Origin: an uncultured Pseudobdellovibrionaceae bacterium
GTDB lineage: Bacteria > Pseudomonadota > Alphaproteobacteria > Micavibrionales > Micavibrionaceae
Direction of reading: 5' to 3'
Length of the DNA: 64,000 bases
Assembly (NCBI GenBank): GCA_964493095.1
Contig: CAZBNG010000001.1
Span: forward strand, 22,600 to 86,599
Shown here: in pieces, positions 1 through 8,377 of the stretch
How the letters are laid out: each line of letters starts with the position of its first letter
How positions within the stretch are numbered: position 1 is the stretch's first letter
Translations under genes and position numbers: made by a program
The notes under the pieces: generated by a model
What the model saw: the letters and a program-made list of their open reading frames with translations, nothing else
Database searches by the model: none
Told to the model about the DNA's origin: nothing

Positions 1-2
1 TG

Positions 3-188
3 CGGGATGATTACGCCAGTTACTTGGCATTATCCCTCCACAAAATCAGTGAACAGCGCAAAGACGTTAAAGACTTAATAGGAGAAACCAACCAAGAGAT
101 TCTCTTTGTCTTCGACAACGGCCCATCTCTTGAAAACAATTCCCTAGATAGCCTGTTTGTTGACGCGAACAAGACTGCCCAGACTTAA
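3..188 (+). CDS. 3' end of an unidentified ORF entering from upstream of the window (partial)
   Basis: The frame is open from position 3 to TAA at 186-188 and translates to RDDYASYLALSLHKISEQRKDVKDLIGETNQEILFVFDNGPSLENNSLDSLFVDANKTAQT. No family was recognised. Confidence 0.3.
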   Translation, partial: RDDYASYLALSLHKISEQRKDVKDLIGETNQEILFVFDNGPSLENNSLDSLFVDANKTAQT

Positions 189-267
189 ACACACTAAACA
201 TAAGAGAAGTTTTGAAGAACGCGATGCTCAACAAATCGTTGATGCAACGCTTCGTTAAAATCCTCTT

Positions 268-1389
268 ATGCTTCACTCAAATATTAAAACAAAGAAGGAT
301 ATTAAAATGACTAAACAATTAAAACACAACGAACTAACAACCACAGACAAACAGGCCATAAACCATTTCTATACGCTGGTTTGTGAATACGATAAAAATT
401 CCAATCAAGAAGGAACAGAAAAAGAAACGTTCCACTTTTCAGGCGTGAGCGCACGAGACATAAAGAACGCTCAATGTGCTTTGCTTGACGATCTGGATAC
501 AAATTTAAAACACGATCTTATCTCAACTCTAGAACGGGAAATTTTGCTTCTGGTTCAGGCAAAAACAGAGCATATATCCAGAGAGTTATACGATGAACAG
601 TCGTATTTTTTCAAACATTTGAAGCACAGGGAAATATATAAAAGCCTTGCTCTGTATACAGCGCTGAACTTTGAAAACCTTGAAGACTACAGTTTACGTT
701 TAGTGGATGACCCTAAGAAAAGAAATGCCGATGCCGATCTTTCTAAATATCGTGATGCGTTAGTTTTCGCAAAAACGTGTATTGATAAAATCACAGAGCT
801 CAACATCATTGATAAACAAAAAGAGTCTGTCGAAGCCACAACGCATGTTGGAGAAAACGGTGAGCTTATGGGTTCTCGAGGGATATTTTTAAATCGCCTC
901 TACCGTTTTTGTTATCAGTACAAACACAATCAAAACGCTACCAAAACAGTGTCGATGGTTTTATCAGGCTGGGAGCTTGAAAGCGCTCTTGAAAAGGTTT
1001 CAACGACAAAAGATAGCGATGCACAGCTTAGAATCGAAATAAGCACAGAAGACACAGTAAAAATATGGGGCAGGCTTCGATTAAATTTACCTCTAGGAGA
1101 TGATCCTTATTTTGATGGAATTATCGATCTTGTAAAAGACGCGTTAAATGGGTGCGTAAATTCGCAAATCAAGGTCAGAGAAGACATTGCGTTACATATG
1201 GTGCTTTGCCCCACCTTTCTTTTTAACCCGTGTGGAACCGTTTATTTTAGCGATTTCAACTTCGATAAAAATAAAGACGGTGATGACACGGGTGATTCTA
1301 CAACTCCTGATGCCTTTTTGATAGAGCAAGCCTTTGATGTTATGCACGCTAAAACAGCGGAATATCATAGGCAAAACTGGGAAGTATAA
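268..1389 (+). CDS. Hypothetical protein (373 aa), island-encoded
   Basis: A long ORF in AT-rich DNA with no comparable antisense ORF. No recognisable motifs. An alternative start is M14 (position 307). Confidence 0.45.
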   Translation: MLHSNIKTKKDIKMTKQLKHNELTTTDKQAINHFYTLVCEYDKNSNQEGTEKETFHFSGVSARDIKNAQCALLDDLDTNLKHDLISTLEREILLLVQAKTEHISRELYDEQSYFFKHLKHREIYKSLALYTALNFENLEDYSLRLVDDPKKRNADADLSKYRDALVFAKTCIDKITELNIIDKQKESVEATTHVGENGELMGSRGIFLNRLYRFCYQYKHNQNATKTVSMVLSGWELESALEKVSTTKDSDAQLRIEISTEDTVKIWGRLRLNLPLGDDPYFDGIIDLVKDALNGCVNSQIKVREDIALHMVLCPTFLFNPCGTVYFSDFNFDKNKDGDDTGDSTTPDAFLIEQAFDVMHAKTAEYHRQNWEV

Positions 1390-1471
1390 AACGCCCGAAA
1401 CGCACCGCATAACCAGCAAAAAACGCAATAATATTGCGCGAAAAATCCGGTGCGGTTGCATAAATAAATTT

Positions 1472-1966
1472 ATGACTTACAACACAACCAACCATCACTA
1501 TAAGCGGCTAAGCCAAGCTTTATTGCCTTGGCTTAGCACGCACGCCTACACGCATTTTGTGACGCTTACTTATAACCAAACAGATTTTTACAAACCCCGA
1601 CAAACGCTTGCGATTGCAAGGGATAAACTCAAGCATTTCCACGCAAAATTGGACGACAAACTACTAGGGAGCAGTTGGTATAAAAAACCACGAGAAGAAC
1701 GCACGTTTTTTATAGCGTTCCCCGAAAAAATAGCCACGAATATGCATTACCATCTTCTTATGCGCCTCCATAAAAGGCATGAAGAAACATTCAAAGCAGC
1801 TGCTAGCAACATATGGAAGAGCATTGTTAGAAGCGGCACATTTGATTGTCAGGCATTTGATACGGCTCCAAATCCAGAAGGATTCCTGTCGTATGCAAGC
1901 AAAGAGCAGGGCAAAGCTCTGAACTTTAACAACAGCATAATCAGCACTGAATTTCTTAACATGTAG
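1472..1966 (+). CDS. HUH-superfamily rolling-circle replication initiator-like protein
   Basis: Three ordered motifs are present: FVTLTY (motif 1), NMHYHLLM (HUH, motif 2) and LSYASKEQGK (Y..K, motif 3). The start was moved to the ATG at 1472 (MTYNTTNHH), because the track ORF start at 1334 overlaps the preceding gene. Confidence 0.55.
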   Translation: MTYNTTNHHYKRLSQALLPWLSTHAYTHFVTLTYNQTDFYKPRQTLAIARDKLKHFHAKLDDKLLGSSWYKKPREERTFFIAFPEKIATNMHYHLLMRLHKRHEETFKAAASNIWKSIVRSGTFDCQAFDTAPNPEGFLSYASKEQGKALNFNNSIISTEFLNM

Positions 1967-2038
1967 CACAGCGTATGGTGCGGGAGACTCCTACACTTTA
2001 TACAAGCGCTATTTCATCAAGCCTTCGGCCTTCATGTT

Positions 2039-2055
2039 CATGAGAGACTCTCATG
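2039..2055. promoter_or_regulatory. Perfect 17-nt palindrome CATGAGAGACTCTCATG, a candidate Rep nick or origin hairpin
   Basis: Arms CATGAGAG and CTCTCATG flank a central A, ~75 nt downstream of the Rep stop. The core GAGACTC also occurs in a second small palindrome, GGAGACTCC, at 1983-1991. Confidence 0.3.
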
Positions 2056-2146
2056 CAGCAATAAATGAGTATTATTTAAAACAAAGGATGGTTAAGAAAG
2101 AGGCATGCAAAGCATATTAAGAGCGTAGCTCTTGATTGCACCATTG

Positions 2147-2464
2147 TTAAGACTTTTCCATTGAAGGTAGTTCGATATTAACCCGTCCAGAAACGACATC
2201 TAATGGCATTGCCGAATATTTAACCTTATAGCCTTTTCTCAGCAGGTATTTTAAGTACTGTTTATTATAAATGCACATCTGGAACAAAAGTGATAATCCG
2301 CCTGTAAATATCATCAACAGCATCCAGACTGTGCCCGCAATGTAATGCCCTCTTAACAGAGGAACAAATCCACCGAAAAATAAAGATGTCCAAGAAAACC
2401 CTATAGGGGCATTTTTAAATTTTCCCGTCTGCGGGTTCTGCATTGTTAATGTTGTAAATGCCAT
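2147..2464 (-). CDS. Small membrane protein with two hydrophobic helices (DUF2628-like, uncertain)
   Basis: The segments FSWTSLFFGGFVPLLRG and TVWMLLMIFTGGLSLLF resemble small TM proteins of that type. It is divergent from the XRE gene. Confidence 0.4.
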   Translation of the reverse strand: MAFTTLTMQNPQTGKFKNAPIGFSWTSLFFGGFVPLLRGHYIAGTVWMLLMIFTGGLSLLFQMCIYNKQYLKYLLRKGYKVKYSAMPLDVVSGRVNIELPSMEKS

Positions 2465-2490
2465 ATGCTGAAATTCCTATGTGTTGGTTT

Positions 2491-2513
2491 TAACCTACGG
2501 TAAATGTAGGTTA
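2491..2513. promoter_or_regulatory. Candidate operator: 8-bp perfect inverted repeat TAACCTAC-N7-GTAGGTTA
   Basis: It lies in the 68-nt divergent intergenic region between the membrane-protein gene (start 2464) and the XRE gene (start 2533), ~20 nt upstream of the XRE ATG. Confidence 0.45.
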
Positions 2514-2532
2514 TATACAACATAATTCTTCG

Positions 2533-2742
2533 ATGAAAGAACTTAAAATTATCGGAGAAAACATCGTACGATTGCGAAAGGCAAAGAATTTAACGCAGGA
2601 AGACCTTTGCGGTATGGCTCAAATTGACCGTAGTTATCTTTCAGAGATTGAAAACGGCAAAATGAATGTAACGATTAAGTCACTGGTGACGATTGCTGGT
2701 GTTTTGGAATGTGAGTTAAAGGATCTAATCTTGCAAAAATGA
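2533..2742 (+). CDS. XRE-family helix-turn-helix transcriptional regulator (69 aa)
   Basis: The classic HTH_3 pattern is present: LRKAKNLTQEDLCGMAQIDRSYLSEIENGKMNVTIKSLVTIAGVL. Confidence 0.85.
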   Translation: MKELKIIGENIVRLRKAKNLTQEDLCGMAQIDRSYLSEIENGKMNVTIKSLVTIAGVLECELKDLILQK

Positions 2743-3542
2743 GTACAGAGCCTAATGAAAAATCCCGAAAGGAAATAGCCAAAGTTCTGCAAGTTCAGTC
2801 GCGTGATTACGTGTCTTCAATGTATTGGTCTTGTGACGCTATAAACGCTGAGAGCATTCTGCGTAATGGATCATGTTTTTTCTTGCAAATAGGCGATAAT
2901 ATTTTTGGAGTAACCGCTAATCATGTATACGAAGCATATCTTCAAGCGAGAGAAAAATATCCAGATCTGATCCTGGTCATCCACAACACAATTATGAAAG
3001 ATTTTGATGACCGCATAATTGATCGTGACAATGTCGCAGATATTTTGACCTTTTCTGTGTCACCAAATGAATTCAAAGAAATTGATACAAAACCTTATCG
3101 TTGTCCTGAGGATCGCTGGCCGCCAAAACCGCCTGTGGTTAAGAATGGCGTTATTATGGCTGGATATGCTGAGGCAGATATGAAGGTTTTGGATTCAAAA
3201 AACGTCGAATTCACACAAGTTTCAAATCTGCTAATCGTTAAGAGTATTGATGAAGATAAAGTTGAAATTCAGATTGAAAAAAAGAATCTACATTCTGTAG
3301 ATGAACATGAATTACCCTCCATGACAAAAAACCTGAGCGGGTATTCCGGCGCACCTCTCTGGACAGTATCCAGCGATTTGCACGAGAATTTTCGATTAGG
3401 CGGCATCATCATTGCGCAGTTCCCTGCTAAAAATGAAGATGAGGTCGTGGCGATCTACGCAAAGCGCCCGGAATTTATATTGCCCGATGGAAAATTGAAT
3501 AGAGACGAAAATGGGCGTTGCACACCCAAATATCGAGAATAA
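2739..3542 (+). CDS. Trypsin/chymotrypsin-fold serine peptidase-like protein
   Basis: A catalytic-triad-like order is present: His in GVTANHVYE, Asp in NVADILTFSV and Ser in LSGYSGAPLW (GxSGxP). The start overlaps the XRE stop (ATGA). Confidence 0.65.
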   Translation: MSTEPNEKSRKEIAKVLQVQSRDYVSSMYWSCDAINAESILRNGSCFFLQIGDNIFGVTANHVYEAYLQAREKYPDLILVIHNTIMKDFDDRIIDRDNVADILTFSVSPNEFKEIDTKPYRCPEDRWPPKPPVVKNGVIMAGYAEADMKVLDSKNVEFTQVSNLLIVKSIDEDKVEIQIEKKNLHSVDEHELPSMTKNLSGYSGAPLWTVSSDLHENFRLGGIIIAQFPAKNEDEVVAIYAKRPEFILPDGKLNRDENGRCTPKYRE

Positions 3543-3561
3543 TACCATTCAAGCTATTAAC

Positions 3562-3597
3562 GTCTTACAGCTTGCTTATCCGCTTGAACTGTAAGAC
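3562..3597. terminator. Hairpin (9-bp stem GTCTTACAG/CTGTAAGAC, 18-nt loop) between convergent genes
   Basis: The stem arms are perfect at 3562-3570 and 3589-3597. It sits between the protease stop (3542) and the AbiV-like stop (3648). There is no clear U-tract, so function is uncertain. Confidence 0.3.
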
Positions 3598-3647
3598 CTG
3601 ACATGATGAAGCAGCTCAACATCTATTAGAATATTTTTGCCGTATTT

Positions 3648-5156
3648 TTACGTATTGCCATCGGGAAGTATTCTTTTGCCTTTGAGAAAAAACAAATTGA
3701 ATGCACCATCACATAGAAATTTCATAACAATTAAATCTTTGGTGTTAATCGGCTTGCTTAGAGGGGTTTTGTTTATGTAGTGATCTATAAGCTCAGTAGC
3801 TCTTTCTCTATCTTCTGCATCTGAAAAATGTTCATCTAAGTAGCTATTAAAGTTATCTATAAAACTCCCCATATAAACTTGAGATAATTGTACCTCTAAG
3901 CACTTTGCAAAGTTTACAAAGACTCCTTCTTTCGAGTCCCAGTGAGGGCTTCGTATTCCTAGGAATGTTAAAGCCTCTAAGTAACGATTGAACTCTTCAA
4001 ATTCATTAATTTTAGGTCCATGTGGCATTTTAGACAAAAAAGCCATCACGCCTTTCATTTGTTCTTCTTTCAGAGTTAGTTTAACAGGCCAAATCATATC
4101 CATTGGCTCTTGAGGACTGATCTCTAATTTTGACTTGTTTTCTAAATCATGGACGGATTCATAAAAATTGTCGGTTCTTTTGGTAGGATACCACCACCAA
4201 AAACCCATAGTGGCGGTATTAAGCGCCACCAAAAATGTTCTTAATAGCCCGTAAGACATATGCCAGACAGCCTCAAGAGGAACGTCATCCTGCATTATAA
4301 TTTCGGCAACTATCTCATCATTATTGCTACCTGCGGGATATAGCTTCAACCAATCAATTTGGTCATTCCATAGTTGCAAAGCCTTTGGACGTATTGCATG
4401 GGAGGCACTGTAAAAACGAACCTTAACTTTCCATTTGTCAATTGAACCGCTTTTAGGCAGGTTTTTGGAGCGTTCTAGCTCTTTTTGAAACGCTTGATCT
4501 TGCTCTATTTCAAAACGTTTAAATTCGTCCTTTAACCATTTAATCCACTCCTTGTGTCCGGTTTCATTTAGTTTATCGATCGACGTTTTTGAGAAGATAA
4601 ATTTACGTTGTTCAGGGTTCTCTGATGCCCGAACAAACCATTTTTGAGTATCTATTTCATCTTGAGGGATTGTATTACGTCTTTTTTCGCTTTTGGCCAA
4701 ATCTAAACGGGCTTTTCCGAAAGACACTATGTTCTTAGCTTCTTCTTTAGTGATCTTATCTCTTGGTAGTAAAATCTCTTCAGCTTCGTGATCAACATAT
4801 GTTGCCATCAGCCTTTTTGCATGGACGTCGTCTGCAAAGCTTTGAAGTTCTTCAAAAAACTCAGGTGTCATTTCCTGTCCATCGGACATACCGCCAAAAA
4901 CAGACCAAAAAAGCTTTTTCACATGATCTGATTGCCCTTTTTTTAACCATGATGCAGGGTCTTCTTTAATCCTTGCCACTGGATGCAGTTTGACTAACTC
5001 TCTTTTTCCCAACTCCTCTAAGGCGAGCGCGGCTAGATGATAGGCGACATGATGAACTCCTTTTTCAAGAGATGCCTCTGCCGCCAAAAGAAGATCTTCG
5101 GCTTGCTGAACACAAGCTTTAAGAATTTCATGCTCTTTTTTTGATAAATGACTCAT
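3648..5156 (-). CDS. AbiV/HEPN-like abortive-infection family protein with a long C-terminal extension (502 aa)
   Basis: The N-terminus ILKACVQQAEDLLLAAEASLEKGVHHVAYHLAALALEELGKRE, followed by HAKRLMATYVDHE, resembles the AbiV family signature. The remaining ~350 aa were not recognised. Confidence 0.5.
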   Translation of the reverse strand: MSHLSKKEHEILKACVQQAEDLLLAAEASLEKGVHHVAYHLAALALEELGKRELVKLHPVARIKEDPASWLKKGQSDHVKKLFWSVFGGMSDGQEMTPEFFEELQSFADDVHAKRLMATYVDHEAEEILLPRDKITKEEAKNIVSFGKARLDLAKSEKRRNTIPQDEIDTQKWFVRASENPEQRKFIFSKTSIDKLNETGHKEWIKWLKDEFKRFEIEQDQAFQKELERSKNLPKSGSIDKWKVKVRFYSASHAIRPKALQLWNDQIDWLKLYPAGSNNDEIVAEIIMQDDVPLEAVWHMSYGLLRTFLVALNTATMGFWWWYPTKRTDNFYESVHDLENKSKLEISPQEPMDMIWPVKLTLKEEQMKGVMAFLSKMPHGPKINEFEEFNRYLEALTFLGIRSPHWDSKEGVFVNFAKCLEVQLSQVYMGSFIDNFNSYLDEHFSDAEDRERATELIDHYINKTPLSKPINTKDLIVMKFLCDGAFNLFFLKGKRILPDGNT

Positions 5157-5252
5157 ATCTCTCTTTTCTAAGAATCCGATTATACACTACTTTGTTTCAA
5201 TAAATCTGGTTCACAGAAAACAACCATGTGAATAGAAACGATTATTTAAAAA

Positions 5253-5567
5253 TCACAGAAACAGCATATCGAAGTTCTCAATTGCATCTGGATACTCACG
5301 CTCCAATCTCTCATCCCTGATCTTTTTCTTTTTGATAATGGAATGAGCATGAGCGCTTCTAAACGATTTCCCACGTGGAGTTTTGAACCCGTTTTTGTTC
5401 AAAAAATCAGCAATAGCATTGTATGAGTGACCTTCACTCTTCATCTTCAAAATCATGCTATGAAGTTGCCTTTGGTACGGTGAATAAGGGCTTACAGCTA
5501 ATTTGGCAGTGCGAATAACAAGGTCAAAAGTGGCATAAGCCCGTAAGCCTACGCCCCCTAACGTCAC
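5253..5567 (-). pseudogene. Remnant of a serine-recombinase-type protein (recombinase/HTH-like segment only)
   Basis: SEGHSYNAIADFLNKNGFKTPRGKSFRSAHAHSIIKK resembles the DNA-binding 'recombinase' segment of serine recombinases. No catalytic N-terminal domain is present. The ORF's GTG start overlaps the glmS stop, so the N-terminus is probably not genuine. Confidence 0.4.
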
Positions 5568-7396
5568 TACTCCACCGTGACGGATTTTGCCAGATTGCGC
5601 GGCTGGTCAACATCGGTACCCTTGGTCACCGCGACGTGATAGGCCAGAAGCTGCACCGGGATCGCGTATAAGATCGGCGCAACGAACGGATGCACCTTAT
5701 CAAGGGAAACGCTCCATGTGACTGTATCTTTAAGCTTTTTAGCGCCCACCTCATCACTGATCAGGAAGACCTTGCCGCCGCGCGCCACGGTTTCCTGAAT
5801 ATTGGAAGCGTTTTTCTCAAACAGCGGGTCGTTGCCCGGTGCAATACAAACTACCGGCACGCTGTCATCAATCAGGGCAATAGGCCCGTGTTTCATTTCC
5901 CCGGCCGCATAGCCTTCCGCATGAATATAGGAAATTTCCTTGAGCTTCAGCGCGCCCTCCAGCGCAATCGGGTAAAGAGAACCGCGCCCCAAGTATAGAA
6001 CGTCACGAGCATGAGCAACCTCCTTAGCGATTTTCTGCACCGCTTCATCGCATTGCAGGATATCGTTCGCCGCCGCCGGAACGTGGCGCAGGGCCTCGGC
6101 CATATCGTGCTCCTGCTGCTCGGTTACCAGTTTTTTGGCACGCGCCGCCGCCAGCGCCATACAGGCAAGCGTCGTAATCTGGGTGGTAAAGGCTTTCGTC
6201 GACGCCACGCCGATCTCCGGCCCGGCCAGCGTATGCAGGACAAGATCGGATTCCCGCTCAATCGTGCTTTCGATGGTGTTGACGATAGACAGCACCTTTT
6301 GCCCCTGTGATTTGGCGTAACGCAGTGCTTCGAGCGTATCCAGCGTCTCCCCCGATTGGGAAACGAAAATCGCCACGCCGCCAACGGGCATCGGCGCCTC
6401 GCGGTAGCGGAATTCGCTCGCCACATCGATTTCACAGGGCACGCGCGCAATCTGCTCGAACCAGTATTTGGCCACCATGCAGGCATAAAAGGCCGTGCCG
6501 CAGGCCACGAGAGTCAGGCGCGGCGCGGCGGAAAGCGCTTCAACTACATCATCAGGCAGGGAAATTTTACCCGTGGAAGGATGCACATAGGAATTAAGCG
6601 TATCACCAATCACAGCGGGCTGCTCATAAATTTCCTTGAGCATGAAATGCTCATACGCACCCTTGCCCGTCGTCGCGCCACTCTGGGCCGTAATACGCAC
6701 CGGACGCTCAACGGACTGGTTGTCATTCACGTAAATCTGCGCGCCTTCACGGGTGACTTTCACGCGGTCGCCGTCTTCAAGAAAACAGATTTTCTTGGTC
6801 AGCGGGGCAAGGGCGTAAGAATCGCTGGCCACGAACATTTCCCCTTCGCCGTACCCCACGGCCAGCGGCGTACCGCGGCGCGTGCCGATCATCAGGTTAT
6901 CTTCGCCCGTGAAAATCATCACCACGGCAAACGCGCCTTCCAAGCGGTCGAACGCGGCATTGGCAGCCTCCAGCGGCGCCATACCCTGCGTCATGTAGTG
7001 ACTGACCAGATGAGCGATAACCTCAGTATCCGTTTCGGTTTCAAAGCGGCACTGGTGCTGCAGTAATTCCTCTTTCAGCGCAGCATAATTCTCGATAATG
7101 CCGTTATGCACGACGGCAACCTTATCGGTGGCATGCGGATGCGCGTTATCCTCCGTCGGGCCGCCATGCGTCGCCCAGCGTGTATGACCAATGCCAACTT
7201 TACCCGACAGCATCCGCTGTTTTAATTTTTCTTCAAGATTGACCAGCTTGCCCTGCGCCCGGCAGCGCTCGATTTTTCCATCCTGCAGCGTGGCAATGCC
7301 GGCGGAATCATAGCCGCGGTATTCAAGGCGTTTCAACCCTTCCACCAACAGAGGGGCCGCTTCTTTTTCCCCCAGAATACCGATAATTCCACACAT
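5567..7396 (-). CDS. glmS: Glutamine--fructose-6-phosphate aminotransferase
   Basis: It has the MCGIIGILG N-terminus (catalytic Cys2), SIS domains and the canonical C-terminus LAKSVTVE. The start is set at the ATG at 7396 rather than the track start at 7420. Confidence 0.97.
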   Translation of the reverse strand: MCGIIGILGEKEAAPLLVEGLKRLEYRGYDSAGIATLQDGKIERCRAQGKLVNLEEKLKQRMLSGKVGIGHTRWATHGGPTEDNAHPHATDKVAVVHNGIIENYAALKEELLQHQCRFETETDTEVIAHLVSHYMTQGMAPLEAANAAFDRLEGAFAVVMIFTGEDNLMIGTRRGTPLAVGYGEGEMFVASDSYALAPLTKKICFLEDGDRVKVTREGAQIYVNDNQSVERPVRITAQSGATTGKGAYEHFMLKEIYEQPAVIGDTLNSYVHPSTGKISLPDDVVEALSAAPRLTLVACGTAFYACMVAKYWFEQIARVPCEIDVASEFRYREAPMPVGGVAIFVSQSGETLDTLEALRYAKSQGQKVLSIVNTIESTIERESDLVLHTLAGPEIGVASTKAFTTQITTLACMALAAARAKKLVTEQQEHDMAEALRHVPAAANDILQCDEAVQKIAKEVAHARDVLYLGRGSLYPIALEGALKLKEISYIHAEGYAAGEMKHGPIALIDDSVPVVCIAPGNDPLFEKNASNIQETVARGGKVFLISDEVGAKKLKDTVTWSVSLDKVHPFVAPILYAIPVQLLAYHVAVTKGTDVDQPRNLAKSVTVE

Positions 7397-7487
7397 GCCT
7401 GCTTTTCCTTTTATAGCCAATCAGTTTAATCTGAAAATCTAGCCACAAACACGGCATGGCACAAATCACGAAGTTTTGCGGTTTATT

Positions 7488-8357
7488 TCAAGACATTTCT
7501 AAAACGGGACCATCCGGAACTGTCCCTGACGGGCGAAAGTCTATAGATTCCAAAATATCGACGTGCCCTCCGACACAGGGATTAATAGCAAATAAAGGAT
7601 CGTCGTAAGTAATCGGCATACCGCTATGAATGGCATAAAGATCCCCACCAGCCGCTTTAAGAACAGCATGCGCGGCAGCTACATCCCAATGAGAAAATAC
7701 GTATCTTTCTTTAAGTGGACCGCCCTTATCAGCTCTTTCATGCCAGATCAAATCTGCCTCACCGCAAGCAACCATGCATATTTGTTCTCCGCCAACCGCC
7801 TCTACCGCATTATAGAGGTAACCATTTACTGTCTCCGGATTTTTTGTTCTACTCCAGGAAACGGCACAACGGATAGTATATCCCTGAAAGCCCCGCTTAA
7901 CCCGAATTTGCTGCGGCGCCTCATCACCAACCAGCATATAGGCCCGCCCATCATTGCCCGTATAATAAAAGCGCTTCTGGGCCGGAAAATGACATACACC
8001 CAGAATGGGCACTCCGTTTTCCACAAGGGCAATGTGAACACCAAACCCCGCTGTGGGTTCGCCAGGCTCTTCATTGAGATATGTTCTGGTTCCATCCAGA
8101 GGATCTACAACCCACCGCACAGATGACTGGAGTGCTTCCGTATTTTGTTCCGGGGTTGCCTCTTCAGAAATAACGGGAATATCAGGTGTCAGTCTAAGAA
8201 GATTGGTAATGGCATATTCACTGGCTAGCTTATCGGCCTTCGTTACCCGGCTACCGTCCGCTTTCAGCTCCCACTCAACTTTACCCCAGTTCGGCAGAAG
8301 GATTGTGTCTCCGATTTGTCTGGCAATCTCTAAAACCGGTTCAACTTTTATAGTCAT
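7488..8357 (-). CDS. Inositol monophosphatase / CysQ-family phosphatase
   Basis: Motifs present are WVVDPLDGTRTY, ISEE and the C-terminal DVAAAHAVLKAAGG. Confidence 0.85.
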   Translation of the reverse strand: MTIKVEPVLEIARQIGDTILLPNWGKVEWELKADGSRVTKADKLASEYAITNLLRLTPDIPVISEEATPEQNTEALQSSVRWVVDPLDGTRTYLNEEPGEPTAGFGVHIALVENGVPILGVCHFPAQKRFYYTGNDGRAYMLVGDEAPQQIRVKRGFQGYTIRCAVSWSRTKNPETVNGYLYNAVEAVGGEQICMVACGEADLIWHERADKGGPLKERYVFSHWDVAAAHAVLKAAGGDLYAIHSGMPITYDDPLFAINPCVGGHVDILESIDFRPSGTVPDGPVLEMS

Positions 8358-8377
8358 ACTCAGTCACTCAGTTTGAA

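Larger units (their letters stand above)
1..5566. mobile_element. AT-rich accessory island abutting the 3' end of glmS; its left boundary lies outside the window
   Basis: Base composition changes visibly at the glmS stop codon (5567-5569). The island holds a recombinase fragment, an AbiV-like gene, an XRE/protease pair and an HUH Rep-like gene. No housekeeping genes are present. Confidence 0.5.

Noticed and set aside
67..502. Small minus-strand ORFs (69 and 63 aa) at the left edge
   Set aside because: They overlap better-supported plus-strand ORFs and show no features.
5157..5566. A Tn7-type insertion at attTn7
   Set aside because: The location downstream of glmS fits, but no tnsABCDE-like genes or Tn7 end repeats are visible. 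Only a serine-recombinase-like fragment is present, so I report a generic island instead.
5690..7066. Several 60-236-aa ORFs antisense to or out of frame within glmS
   Set aside because: They are Arg/His/Gly-rich translations typical of GC-rich antisense frames, and glmS is unambiguous on the minus strand.
7397..7420. N-terminal extensions in track ORFs (glmS 7420, OMP 27600, icmK 50301, EBP 31156, Rep 1334, 21294, 28246, 18950)
   Set aside because: Internal ATGs give canonical N-termini (Cys2 of GlmS, signal peptides, Shine-Dalgarno contexts). The extensions overlap upstream genes or repeats.
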